Source: Hydrogenispora ethanolica
GTDB lineage: Bacteria > Bacillota > UBA4882 > UBA8346
Assembly (NCBI RefSeq): GCF_004340685.1
Contig: NZ_SLUN01000018.1
Coordinates: forward strand, 54,709 to 118,708
Direction: 5' to 3'
DNA: 64,000 bases
The notes beneath the pieces are model-generated. The model was not told the DNA's origin. It worked only from the letters and a program-made list of their open reading frames with translations, and made no database searches. The position numbers and the translations under genes are program-made. Shown in pieces: positions 50,038 to 60,035 of the stretch. The stretch's first letter is position 1. Each line of letters begins with the position of its first letter.

Positions 50038-52350
50038 TTAGTCCAAATAATCCAGCAACGTCTTGGGAATCAGCTGCCCGGAAATCTGCAACGCCGCGTC
50101 ATAGGCTGCTTGCTGCGTCTTTAATTCCATGACAATCCGGGCGTATTCAGTATCATTGATAGTACTCATCATCGAGGTTAGATAATCCTCCACCCCCGAC
50201 ATTCGCGTGATTCCGCTCTCCAGCCGGTTAACCTTGGTTCCGATTTGGCTCTGCGCCACCAGCACTTTTTGTTGATCCTGTTTGAATAGGCGAATGTCTT
50301 CATCGCCCAATGCGTCCAAATCGCCGGTTCGCAAATCCTGACTGAATTTGCGGAGATTGGTAAAGATGGAATCGAATATATCAGCCCCTACCTGGTTGAC
50401 ACCCAAGCTAACGCCCACGTTAATCTCATAATTGAGGGAACCGTAATCCCCTTCATAATTGGGCCTTGCCTGATCGGAATGGTCGCCGCTGATAAAGCCC
50501 ATCTTATCCAGGATATCCGCGCTGGAACCCGATTCCAGTTTGATCGGCAATGTTTTATTCGCGCCGCTCGGATCCTGATAAACCAGACTCAATTGATTGT
50601 CCGAATTCACGCTCACTTTGATGTTGGCATAATCGCCGCCGATATTCTGAATCTTCTTTTCCAATTGGGCTGCGAACTCCGTCAGAGAATAGGTTCCGCT
50701 ATCCAAGCTGATCTCGTAGGAGGTCCCCTGGCCCAGGCTTATCTTGAAACGATTATCCTCATTGGCAAAATAGTTGGCGTTGATGGAATACTTGGAACTG
50801 GCATCCGGAAGCGTATTTAAGGGGCTGTCCAATTTGGCGTAATATTTGCCCGCCACCGAATCATATTCGACACTCTTGATAGTCCGGGTCTGGCCCTGAC
50901 CGGCTCCGTCGGTAATGGTGATCGGCATTCCCATGTAAAAACTGGTCGTTATGGCATTGGAATCTAAGTAAATCTTATCCGAATCCGCGCTCGCCGCACT
51001 GACAGTCCCTTCCAACGGAGGGCTCAGGGAATACACCGAAGTGGCATCCGGCAAGGGTACTGACCAGGAACCACTCAAGGCAGCCTCTTTGGTCGTTCCG
51101 TCATAACCGGTAATGGTCTGCGTCTGGCCTGCCCCCGGACCGCTGACAATCGTGATGGTCCAGTTTTTATAAAAATCAGCCGTAGCCGTCGCATCGGAAG
51201 TCAATGTAACGGAGCTCCCGGTAGCCGAGGCAACCTGTCCGGTCAAGGGATATTTGCCCAATACCGTAACCGGGGAACTAATGCTCGTTCCGACCAATTG
51301 ACGGGTCGTGGCCTGATCGGCGAAGCCCAGCTGTCCGAGGGTACTGTCAACAACGTCATAGGTGGAAGTGGCGCTTACAGCCGTATTGCAAGCTTCATCC
51401 AACGTCGCGGTTCGGGTCGCTCCGTCATAGGAGACGATCTTACGGGTTTCAAGCGTTCCATCGCTGTTTTTGAAAGTAACGGTGTTGCCGGTATAAAAAT
51501 CATCCGTAGCATCCGCGGAAGAATCCAATACAATCGTCGGGGGAGTCCCCGCCGGAGCGCTGGCCGCTTGCACATTCCCGCTTGCAGTCACGGCGTTCCG
51601 GAGCACCACCGTATGGGTTTTTCCATCCGGCGGAGTCGTTCCGGCATAAAAAGTTATCTTGTTATCAGGCGTCATTTTAACGGAAACCGGTACCGCAAAA
51701 CCAGCGACATCGAGTTGTTTTTGAATCGCTTTCGTCAAGTCGTTCAGCGTTTTACCGGAAGTTCCGTCATAGACGCCGTAAGATTCAACCGGCAAAACGA
51801 TGGTTTTCACGGTGCCGTCATCCAATTGCAGTTGAAATCGGTTATTGGAGGCATCGATGACAATCGGTTGATCGTGAAGATCGAGGGGATTTCCCGAAAC
51901 GCTAACCCGCAGATTGTAAGGAATGCTTGTAACATCGGTGCCGGCAAAGATATATCGATTATCGATATTGGTATTGGCGACTTCCATAATCCCGGAACAA
52001 ATTTGATCGATTTCTTCGGCAATGGCAATTCGTTGTTCATCGGAGAGCGTGCTGTTGGCGCCTCTCTCTAATAACTCGTAGGCACGCTGTAAATACTCAT
52101 CTACGCTTTGAAGCGCCTTGTCCGCCGAATTAAGCCAGGTCCTGGCCTCTTGCGAGTTATTCGTATACTGTTTAATCTGGTAAATGCTGCTGTTCATCAA
52201 CATGGTACGCGCTGTGCCGATGGGATCATCCGACGGTCGCTGGATCACGACTCCGCTGGCATACTGGGAGCTTTTTTTCTGGATTTCCGCTTCCCGGCTC
52301 ATGATATCCGACAAAAAGCTTAAAGAGTTCATTCGGCTGGTAACACGCAT
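50038..52350 (-). CDS. flgL: Flagellar hook-associated protein 3 FlgL, unusually long (770 aa) with a triplicated central insert
   Basis: Flagellin-type N-terminal and C-terminal helices. The central region carries three repeats of about 55 aa of the form A[TD]xDFYxGxTxT...G[AQ]GQTxTI..YD at roughly residues 278-335, 385-443 and 462-525. Confidence 0.8.
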   Translation of the reverse strand: MRVTSRMNSLSFLSDIMSREAEIQKKSSQYASGVVIQRPSDDPIGTARTMLMNSSIYQIKQYTNNSQEARTWLNSADKALQSVDEYLQRAYELLERGANSTLSDEQRIAIAEEIDQICSGIMEVANTNIDNRYIFAGTDVTSIPYNLRVSVSGNPLDLHDQPIVIDASNNRFQLQLDDGTVKTIVLPVESYGVYDGTSGKTLNDLTKAIQKQLDVAGFAVPVSVKMTPDNKITFYAGTTPPDGKTHTVVLRNAVTASGNVQAASAPAGTPPTIVLDSSADATDDFYTGNTVTFKNSDGTLETRKIVSYDGATRTATLDEACNTAVSATSTYDVVDSTLGQLGFADQATTRQLVGTSISSPVTVLGKYPLTGQVASATGSSVTLTSDATATADFYKNWTITIVSGPGAGQTQTITGYDGTTKEAALSGSWSVPLPDATSVYSLSPPLEGTVSAASADSDKIYLDSNAITTSFYMGMPITITDGAGQGQTRTIKSVEYDSVAGKYYAKLDSPLNTLPDASSKYSINANYFANEDNRFKISLGQGTSYEISLDSGTYSLTEFAAQLEKKIQNIGGDYANIKVSVNSDNQLSLVYQDPSGANKTLPIKLESGSSADILDKMGFISGDHSDQARPNYEGDYGSLNYEINVGVSLGVNQVGADIFDSIFTNLRKFSQDLRTGDLDALGDEDIRLFKQDQQKVLVAQSQIGTKVNRLESGITRMSGVEDYLTSMMSTINDTEYARIVMELKTQQAAYDAALQISGQLIPKTLLDYLD

Positions 52351-52366
52351 GTCAGATCGCCCCTTT

Positions 52367-53779
52367 TCAGACTTTCAGCCGGTTAATAATGACGTCCAAT
52401 AATTCATCCATCGTGGTGATCACTTTGGATGCAGCATCAAAGGCATGGTTGAAGATTAGCGAATTAGCAGTCTCTTCATTCATTGAAACACCCGAAACGG
52501 ACTCCCGTTTTTGATTCAAGCTCGTCACCAAGAGATTTTGATTCTTCACCCGGCTCTGGGCACTTGCGGAATCGACCCCCAGCTTCGCTACAACTCCCGC
52601 AAAAAACTCACCGATTGTCGCGGTTTTACCGTTAAACAATTTTTGCTGGAAGATTCCGGCCATTTTGTCCGAATTGCCGGAATCACCGGAGGCTCCGGTG
52701 GCGGAAGCCGCAATTTTGCTGGAATTAAGTTGAATATCGGCGGAAACGCCAATGTCGGCCGCTCCGGTACCCGTAAAAAACATTCCTCCGGGCTTTCCTT
52801 CCAGATCAAAACCCTGTTGGTGCTGTTTATTCATCTCCGTAATCAACGTACTGGTTAATGTGTCCAAATCCGCCATCATATTCGGCAGGGCCGTATCCCG
52901 AATATCCAGCAATCCCTTGAGCATACCGTTGGAAACGGAGATTTTACTGGAAGCCGGGTCGGCGACTCCTTTCCAGGTAATATCGGAGATGGTCGGATCG
53001 GCCGGGTTCGGCGTCGTGGTCAGCTGATTATACTCAACCCCGCTGACTAATGTTCCTCCGCCCAATGTCACCGTGGCGCGGTTTTGCTGATCGAAGGAAA
53101 CCCGGATATTTACCAGTTCCGAAAGCTTTTCCAACACAATATCCCGCTGATCCAAGAGGTCGTTGGGTTGATCGCCTTGGATGGTGACTTTACCGATTTG
53201 ATCATTGAGATCAGCCAATTGCGTAGCATAGTTATTGATGGTTTTCACCGTGTCTTGAACCTGCTTGTCCACCGTGGAACGGAGATTTTTCAAGTCGTTA
53301 TACGTTTGCTTGATATAATCGGTTAACGTTACGGCGGTTGAAGCCACGATATCGCGAGTAGAGGGATCTGCGGCCTTGCTGCCCTGTAAATCTTGTAACG
53401 ATTTCCAAAAAGCATCCAGAGTCGACTGGATACCGGTTTTCGAGGGTTCGTTCATGATTCGCTCGATTTGATCGAGCAAATCGTTTTGCGAATTCCAATA
53501 GTTGAGCGTAGACGTTTCCTTCCGGATCTGTTCGTCGAGCAGTAGATCGCGAATCCGGTTGATCGAAGCAACGTCCACCCCGGTCCCGAGTTGCCCGGCA
53601 GATATCTCGGCGTTAGCGGAAGGATATGAGAAAGGATCGGTTGCGACAATATTCGCCACTTGTCTCGTATAACCAGGCGTTCCGGCATTCACCATATTAT
53701 GACTGATTACATCCAATGCCTTTTGCGCCGCCATCAAACCCCGCTTGCCAATTTCCACTCCAAAAAAAGTCGAAGACAT
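52367..53779 (-). CDS. flgK: Flagellar hook-associated protein 1 FlgK
   Basis: MSSTFFGVEIGKRGLMAAQKALDVISHNMVNAGTPGYTRQ. Confidence 0.9.
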   Translation of the reverse strand: MSSTFFGVEIGKRGLMAAQKALDVISHNMVNAGTPGYTRQVANIVATDPFSYPSANAEISAGQLGTGVDVASINRIRDLLLDEQIRKETSTLNYWNSQNDLLDQIERIMNEPSKTGIQSTLDAFWKSLQDLQGSKAADPSTRDIVASTAVTLTDYIKQTYNDLKNLRSTVDKQVQDTVKTINNYATQLADLNDQIGKVTIQGDQPNDLLDQRDIVLEKLSELVNIRVSFDQQNRATVTLGGGTLVSGVEYNQLTTTPNPADPTISDITWKGVADPASSKISVSNGMLKGLLDIRDTALPNMMADLDTLTSTLITEMNKQHQQGFDLEGKPGGMFFTGTGAADIGVSADIQLNSSKIAASATGASGDSGNSDKMAGIFQQKLFNGKTATIGEFFAGVVAKLGVDSASAQSRVKNQNLLVTSLNQKRESVSGVSMNEETANSLIFNHAFDAASKVITTMDELLDVIINRLKV

Positions 53780-53784
53780 CCTTG

Positions 53785-54240
53785 TCACCCCTTGAAATCA
53801 AGAATATTCACTTTATTCTGGCCCGTCATCAACTTTCCCGTCGGATTATAAGTTCCCGTATCATCATCCATGGAAGTCCAGGCATTAATGGTAAACCGGA
53901 CTAAACTCAAAAAATCCTGCAGGATAATTTGGTTGAATTCATTCTCTTCCTTAATCTCCAAGACCAGCTTTTTCATCTGGGCAATATACGATGCAACGGG
54001 TTCCGGAATTGCGGAGCCGTTTTTCGCACTGGAAATAAAAATCTGTGTCTGCTCCGAGCAGACACTTTGAATTTCTTTTAACTTTTTTGCAGCGGCCTCT
54101 TCGCGGAGAACGATATCATTCAATTGTGACAGATTATCATTCAGTAATGCGGCTTTTTTGGCTAAAGCGAGACCTTTCAATTCTTGCAACAGTTCAATTT
54201 CTTGGCCCAAAAGCAATTCAAATTCTTGGGCATCAGACAT
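53785..54240 (-). CDS. flgN: FlgN-like flagellar chaperone
   Basis: Position between flgM and flgK; coiled-coil FlgN family. Confidence 0.7.
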   Translation of the reverse strand: MSDAQEFELLLGQEIELLQELKGLALAKKAALLNDNLSQLNDIVLREEAAAKKLKEIQSVCSEQTQIFISSAKNGSAIPEPVASYIAQMKKLVLEIKEENEFNQIILQDFLSLVRFTINAWTSMDDDTGTYNPTGKLMTGQNKVNILDFKG

Positions 54241-54246
54241 CTACGC

Positions 54247-54558
54247 TTACCTCCCGGCAAGTTCATCCACGAGGCTCCGGTTGATCATTTTCTGGGCGAT
54301 TTCGTCCCCCGTCACATGATATCGGCCGTCCTGGATGAGTTCTTTTAATTCACTTACTTTATCGGCACGAATATCCGGAGACTTTAGTACCTGTTCTTTG
54401 ATGAGGTTTAACTCCTGCACTTTATTGGAGAGCAACAGCACATCGGCGCGGGGCATGGATGAATTGTCAGCGAAAGCGATCCGCCTCGAATAATGGTAAC
54501 AACTGTTGAGTTGCAGCACCGTTTGGACTTGTTTATTTGAAATAATCATCCTAACCAC
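54247..54558 (-). CDS. flgM: Anti-sigma-28 factor FlgM. GTG at 54558; alternative ATG at 54549.
   Basis: C-terminal FlgM signature (…KVSELKELIQDGRYHVTGDEIAQKM…). Confidence 0.85.
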   Translation of the reverse strand: MVRMIISNKQVQTVLQLNSCYHYSRRIAFADNSSMPRADVLLLSNKVQELNLIKEQVLKSPDIRADKVSELKELIQDGRYHVTGDEIAQKMINRSLVDELAGR

Positions 54559-54583
54559 CCCGTTATAAAAGCATTATAATATA

Positions 54584-54610
54584 TTATCGTCAACTCCGAG
54601 GAAAACTTTA
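54584..54610 (-). promoter_or_regulatory. Sigma-D-type promoter upstream of flgM: TAAA-N15-GACGATAA
   Basis: On the minus strand CTAAAG-ttttcctcggagtt-GACGATAA. It matches the known sigma-D dependence of flgM in Bacillus. Confidence 0.5.
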
Positions 54611-54670
54611 GAACCTTTCTGCCCGAAAATACATTTTTTGCAAAGTCTCTCCTTCATTCCAAACGAAATA

Positions 54671-54910
54671 TTAGAGATTGGGTTTCTTAAAAGTTGTTTC
54701 CAATCGTCCCTCACGCAAGAATCTTGAAATCACCCGGACATCCACTCCAGTCGCTTTACTTACTTCCGGAACCGTGGTGTTTGGGTGCCCGTAAATAAAC
54801 TCGCGCACTTTTTCAAACTCCGTTTGCTCCTGAAGGAAACAATTATTGCAAATTTCAACTCCGACAAAATTGAAAATTTTGCCGCAGCGCTTGCAATTCC
54901 TTATTTCCAT
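54671..54910 (-). CDS. Flagellar operon zinc-ribbon protein (YvyF/TIGR03826-like)
   Basis: CKRCGKIFNFVGVEICNNC zinc ribbon. Same position as B. subtilis yvyF, between comFC and flgM. Confidence 0.75.
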   Translation of the reverse strand: MEIRNCKRCGKIFNFVGVEICNNCFLQEQTEFEKVREFIYGHPNTTVPEVSKATGVDVRVISRFLREGRLETTFKKPNL

Positions 54911-54913
54911 AAA

Positions 54914-55702
54914 TTAACCCCCTGCTTTGGAACCAAACCACTGGGAGTCGATGACCCCGGCTGCCAGGGTCAGGACTTTAACGTCTCGCGCACCGCCTCG
55001 TAATAAAACCCGGGCTGCTTCGGAAGCGGTGGCTCCGGTTGTCAAAATATCGTCGATCAGCAAAACTCTGGCGCCCGTCAACCCACTGTGGTCAACCACC
55101 CGGAAAGCTCCGCTGATATTCGCAAACCGTTCTTCTTTGTCTAAGGCGTTCTGTGATTCGGTTAGTTTTTCTCTCATCATTATACTGTATGTTGAACGAA
55201 TTCCCAAATAGTTTCGGAGCGGATTAGCCAGTAATTCGGCCTGATTATAGCCGCGAAGCATCATTTTTTGGCTGTGAATCGGAATTGAAACAATCCGGTC
55301 GATTTTTCGTACAAACTCCGAATGAAGTTTCGCCCATTCCACCAGCAGCTCTCCCAGAGCCGGACCCAAATCCGGCCGGTAGCGATATTTCAGCTCCGCC
55401 AAATACTCGCGGAGCGCCCCTTCATAAAGCGCTACGGAACGGGCTTGCGAAAAATAATATTGATTCCGTTCACATTGGGAACACTGCCGAGCATGAGCGA
55501 CCGCTAATCGTAACGGCCGTCCGCAACGTTCGCAGATCGGCGGAACGATTAACGCTATCCGCTGGAGGCAGCGTCTTCCCAGCCCCCGCTGGATGCTCTC
55601 TTCCTGATGACAGACGGGGCAAAGTTGCCGCGGTGGAAAGATCAGCTCCGCAATTCCGGAGCCGAGCGATTGATACCATTTTTTTGCTTCTTTTTTTATC
55701 AT
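54914..55702 (-). CDS. comFC: Competence protein ComFC (phosphoribosyltransferase domain)
   Basis: N-terminal Cys clusters; PRTase motif VLLIDDILTTGAT. Confidence 0.8.
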   Translation of the reverse strand: MIKKEAKKWYQSLGSGIAELIFPPRQLCPVCHQEESIQRGLGRRCLQRIALIVPPICERCGRPLRLAVAHARQCSQCERNQYYFSQARSVALYEGALREYLAELKYRYRPDLGPALGELLVEWAKLHSEFVRKIDRIVSIPIHSQKMMLRGYNQAELLANPLRNYLGIRSTYSIMMREKLTESQNALDKEERFANISGAFRVVDHSGLTGARVLLIDDILTTGATASEAARVLLRGGARDVKVLTLAAGVIDSQWFGSKAGG

Positions 55703-55889
55703 CGACCGCCCCTCTTGAAAAATTTATGAGACCTTAGACCCAATTTTTTAATGAATATCCAAGAAACCCTTAATGAATCGACCATAAAACCATAAGCTGG
55801 CGAATATTGGATGAGATCTCCAGCCTTCACGAAGCAACGGGGTGAATAGTTTTTACTCCTGATATCAACGCCCCCAGGCCTCGATGTTT

Positions 55890-57629
55890 TTAAGAAGATT
55901 CATCCAAGAACCCCAATTGATATCCCGCCTCATTCATCCGCGATATCCAGGTGACCGCCTCATGCATCGCCCGGCTTTGCCGTTTGCCGGCGAAGCAGAC
56001 TTGAGCGGCTTCGCCCATTCTCCCGACCCGTCCCGCGATCTGAACCAGGGTCCGGCAATCGAAGATTGCTTCATCATCAGCGTTTAAAACCACTACATCC
56101 AAGTTTGGAATCGTAATTCCCCGCTCAAAGACCGTGGAAACGACCAGAAAATCATGAGCGCCATCCAACAAGGCTGCTTTGGCCTCCAGCCGGCCGGGCG
56201 TCCGCGCATGAACATATTTTCCCTTCAATGTCCGGCTTTGTGCCCAATCACAAAGCGCCCGGCCGAATTGTTCCACCTCGCGGACGGTGGGGAGAAATAC
56301 TAACAGCTTGCGGCCGTTTGAATGGAGGGCCTCCAGCTTTTCCCGGAGAAAGGGCGGCGGTTGCCAATCTTTCCGTCCGACCGGATTCAGGGCAGTCCGC
56401 AAGATCTGCGGGACAATCAAGGGCCGGCGGTGCGGCCGCGCCGGGATCTCCACCACCGGGATCTCTCCTCTCGCGGCCCGCGCCCGCAATTCCCGATCCG
56501 GAGTAGCGGTCATCATCACCAGCTTGCCTTGGGGTTTCAAGGCCCGGCGCACCGCAAAATGCAACATTTCACTTCCGAAATACGGAAATGCATCCTCTTC
56601 ATCGAGAATAATCAAGTCGAAGGCTTGATAGAACCGCAAACACTGATGAGTGGTGGCGAGGACCAGGGACGACTCCTCGTAACGCCCGCCGCTGCCGCCA
56701 TACAGCGCCACCAATGTCTGTGCGGGGAAAGCCTTTTGAAAACGCGGCTCGAGCTCTTGAACAACATCCTTGCGGGGCACCGCGAAAAGAACCCGGCCTC
56801 CCGCGCTCAACACTTTGGCAACTGCTCCGAAGCTGACCTCCGTCTTGCCGCCGCCGCACACCGCCCAAACCAGAAACTGCCGCTCCCCGCCATCCAAAAA
56901 CTGTTCCAATGCGGACGAAGCCCTTTTTTGCGGCGGAGTCAGCTCAAAATCGAAATGAGGAAGAATCGCCTCTTCCGCCACGGGCTCCTCGGAACGCGGC
57001 TGGGAATACAGTGGCAAGCAACTCTTGGCAACTCCCATGCTCCGGCAATGAGGACAGGTATAACACCGGGAATTGCCGCAAAAATAACAATCATCCTCCA
57101 GGATACCTGTCGTTGCGCCACAACGCCGGCAGAAAGGGAGGCCCAGCCGGTCCACGCTGACTGCCGCCTCGCGGCGGACCCGGGAATGAAAATACAAATA
57201 TTGCATCCAATCTTCGGGATTCCAAGGAACTTCCAGTCCCTTGGCGGCGATCAACTCCGGCAGTTCGGTACCGAGCAGGATCCTTCCCTGAAGGAGCCCG
57301 GTCAAATCCGGAAAATCCAAACTCTCAGGGCGAAGTTCCGCCAGGGATAGCTTTACCGGAGGCAATATCCTATGCGGCTGAATGGTTTGAACGGCGCGCT
57401 TCACCATCCGGAAAAACAGGCCGGATTTCAGTTTCAAGCCGGGGGTCGACAGCTGCTCCAGGACCCATTCCGCCAGATATAACGGGAGGGGCGGCTTGAT
57501 AATCTGTAGCGCAGTGAACCCCTCCTCCGCCAAAAAATAAGCGTCGATCCGGGGATTGCTGCTCAACGATACTCGAAAACGGCCTTCGTCGCTTTCGGCC
57601 AAATACAGGAAATATTTCGGCGCGAGCAA
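55890..57629 (-). CDS. comFA: ComFA-like DEAD/DEAH-box helicase (competence DNA-uptake ATPase); the true start may be internal
   Basis: Zinc-finger Cys cluster, Walker A (VCGGGKTE), DEED box and helicase C-terminal domain. About 110 aa of N-terminal extension relative to typical ComFA. Confidence 0.75.
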   Translation of the reverse strand: MLAPKYFLYLAESDEGRFRVSLSSNPRIDAYFLAEEGFTALQIIKPPLPLYLAEWVLEQLSTPGLKLKSGLFFRMVKRAVQTIQPHRILPPVKLSLAELRPESLDFPDLTGLLQGRILLGTELPELIAAKGLEVPWNPEDWMQYLYFHSRVRREAAVSVDRLGLPFCRRCGATTGILEDDCYFCGNSRCYTCPHCRSMGVAKSCLPLYSQPRSEEPVAEEAILPHFDFELTPPQKRASSALEQFLDGGERQFLVWAVCGGGKTEVSFGAVAKVLSAGGRVLFAVPRKDVVQELEPRFQKAFPAQTLVALYGGSGGRYEESSLVLATTHQCLRFYQAFDLIILDEEDAFPYFGSEMLHFAVRRALKPQGKLVMMTATPDRELRARAARGEIPVVEIPARPHRRPLIVPQILRTALNPVGRKDWQPPPFLREKLEALHSNGRKLLVFLPTVREVEQFGRALCDWAQSRTLKGKYVHARTPGRLEAKAALLDGAHDFLVVSTVFERGITIPNLDVVVLNADDEAIFDCRTLVQIAGRVGRMGEAAQVCFAGKRQSRAMHEAVTWISRMNEAGYQLGFLDESS

Positions 57630-57669
57630 CTCCTCACCTCATCCGTTCCCACGGCGCGCCGCCAGTCGT

Positions 57670-59856
57670 TTATAAAAACGCCATCCGCAGCCTCTCCTGC
57701 AACAGCGAAAGACGCTCCTCGATCCGGTTGTTCTTTATGGCGATGGCCAGGGCTTTTTTGGTTCCGATCAGCACCACCATTTTTTTGGCGCGGGTAACCG
57801 CCGTATATAACAGATTCCGCTGCAGCATCAGAAAATGCTGGGTGGTCACAGGCATCACAATCACCGGATACTCGTTGCCCTGGCTCTTATGGACCGACAT
57901 CGCATAGGCCAGGACCAACTGGTCAAGCTCCTCCGCTTCATAGAGGACGGTCCGCTCTCCTTCAACCTCGGGAAAAACTACTGTCATGCTGCGCTCTTCA
58001 GCGTCAATCCGCCGGATTCGCCCGATATCCCCGTTATAAACCTGCTTTTGGTAGTCATTCTTGAGTTGCATCACCTTGTCGCCGATCCGGAATGAGACAG
58101 CGCCGTTTTTGAGCTCGGGTTTATCGGCGGCGGCCGGGTTCAAGGCCGCCTGCAGCACCTGATTGAGATTCTCGACGCCGGTGATGGTCCGGCGCATCGG
58201 AGTCAGAACTTGAATATCCTCGATCGGGTCGCAGTGCAGATACTCGGGCAGCCGGGTCTTGACCAACCCCGGCAGAACCGTGGTGATATGCTCGGGATTG
58301 TCATCCTCGATAAAGAAAAAGTCATCGTTTTTGGCCAGGTATGGAAATTGACCCTGATTGATTTTATGGGCATTGGCTACGATCATGCTGCCGCCGGCCT
58401 GGCGAAAGATAGTATTCAACCGGACCGTCGGTACCGCGGCCGACCGGATCAGATCCCGCAACACCGAGCCGGGCCCCACCGACGGGAGCTGATCGACATC
58501 GCCGACCAGAACCAGCCGGGTGCCGGGTTGGACCGCTTTCAGCAAATGATAGAAAAGGAGCAGGTCCACCATGGAAAACTCGTCGATGATCAATACATCC
58601 GCATCCAACGGCTCTTTTTCATTCATCTGAAAATGGCCGGGCGCGCCGTTGGCGCCGCCGTAGCCGAGCAGACGGTGAATGGTTTTGGTGGGGGTATGCG
58701 TGGACTCGGCCAAACGTTTGGCGGCCCGCCCGGTCGGCGCCGCCAGCAGCACGTCCAAACCGTTGTCTTTGAATAATTCGACGACGGCCCGGATAATGGT
58801 GGTCTTGCCAGTCCCGGGACCGCCGGTGATCACCAGCAACCCGCTGTCCAGCGCCATCCCCACCGCTTGCCGTTGCCCGTCGGCCAGCTTCACCTGGTGG
58901 TGCGCCTCGTAACCGGCCAACCATCCCGCAAGTTCCAGTTCGACTTCCTGCGGCGGGGTCTGCAGCATCTCGCGCAGCTTGGCTGTTACGCCGGTTTCGC
59001 TATAGTAAAAAGGCGCCAGATAGAGAATGTTCCGCTCCTGATACCGTTCGCGGAAGATCTCCTTATCAGCGATGAGATCTTCCAAGCCGCCCACTAACTG
59101 CAATTCATTGACGTTTAACTCCGCTGCGGCTTGCGTAAGAAAATCGTTTTCATGAGCGAACACATGGCCTTCGCTGCAATGCTCGTTCAATCGATACCGG
59201 AGCCCGGCCCGGATCCGGTACGGCGAATCTTCCTTGATCCCGACTTTGCGGGCAATCTGGTCGGCGATCTTGAATCCGATCCCAAAGACCTCGTCGGCCA
59301 GGCGATACGGGTTCTCTTTCACGATGGCAATAGCCGCGTTGCGATAGGCCCGGTAAATCTTCAAGGCGTAAGCCGGACTGACTCCCACGCCCTGCAAGAA
59401 GACCATAATCTGCTCAATGGCGGAATGATCCGCCAGGCCCCGGGCGATCCGCTCCGCCTTATTCTCGCTGATTCCGGAGATCTCAGTCAGGCGCAACGGG
59501 TCGCTCTGAATGATCTCCAGTGAAGCGAGGCCGAACTTCTGGACGATCTTCTTGGCGGTGACCGGACCGACCCCCTTGATCAAGCCACTGGACAGGTAAC
59601 GTTCGATCCCCAGCAATGTCTGGGGAACCACCTGCCGCCATTGCTCAATCTGAAATTGCTGGCCATACTCCTTGTGATGAGTCCAGTTGCCGGTCAGTTG
59701 AAGCACTTCTCCGTTGAACAGCGGCGGCAGATTGCCGACCGCCGTGACCGGTCCGCCGGAATTGGCTTTCAGACGGACGACGGTATAACCATTCTCCGGG
59801 TTGCAAAAAACGACTTGTTCGACTGTTCCTTCCAGTTCCGTCCGGGTATCCGCCAT
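57670..59856 (-). CDS. recD2: RecD2-type SF1B 5'-3' DNA helicase
   Basis: N-terminal OB/HhH region and Walker A GGPGTGKTT. Confidence 0.85.
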   Translation of the reverse strand: MADTRTELEGTVEQVVFCNPENGYTVVRLKANSGGPVTAVGNLPPLFNGEVLQLTGNWTHHKEYGQQFQIEQWRQVVPQTLLGIERYLSSGLIKGVGPVTAKKIVQKFGLASLEIIQSDPLRLTEISGISENKAERIARGLADHSAIEQIMVFLQGVGVSPAYALKIYRAYRNAAIAIVKENPYRLADEVFGIGFKIADQIARKVGIKEDSPYRIRAGLRYRLNEHCSEGHVFAHENDFLTQAAAELNVNELQLVGGLEDLIADKEIFRERYQERNILYLAPFYYSETGVTAKLREMLQTPPQEVELELAGWLAGYEAHHQVKLADGQRQAVGMALDSGLLVITGGPGTGKTTIIRAVVELFKDNGLDVLLAAPTGRAAKRLAESTHTPTKTIHRLLGYGGANGAPGHFQMNEKEPLDADVLIIDEFSMVDLLLFYHLLKAVQPGTRLVLVGDVDQLPSVGPGSVLRDLIRSAAVPTVRLNTIFRQAGGSMIVANAHKINQGQFPYLAKNDDFFFIEDDNPEHITTVLPGLVKTRLPEYLHCDPIEDIQVLTPMRRTITGVENLNQVLQAALNPAAADKPELKNGAVSFRIGDKVMQLKNDYQKQVYNGDIGRIRRIDAEERSMTVVFPEVEGERTVLYEAEELDQLVLAYAMSVHKSQGNEYPVIVMPVTTQHFLMLQRNLLYTAVTRAKKMVVLIGTKKALAIAIKNNRIEERLSLLQERLRMAFL

Positions 59857-60035
59857 CTCGACTCCATTTCATCCATTCACTATAGTATTTTGCGAAAGCA
59901 TAAACGGCTTTGTTCGGTGAAGCGTTCGCGTTTTTCGCTCCAAACCCGTCAACGCTTTCGCAAAATGCTGTATCGGCAAAGGCAACCGTGCAATCAGCCG
60001 CGTCGTATCGAAAAACTGTAACATTGGCCGCGCAT

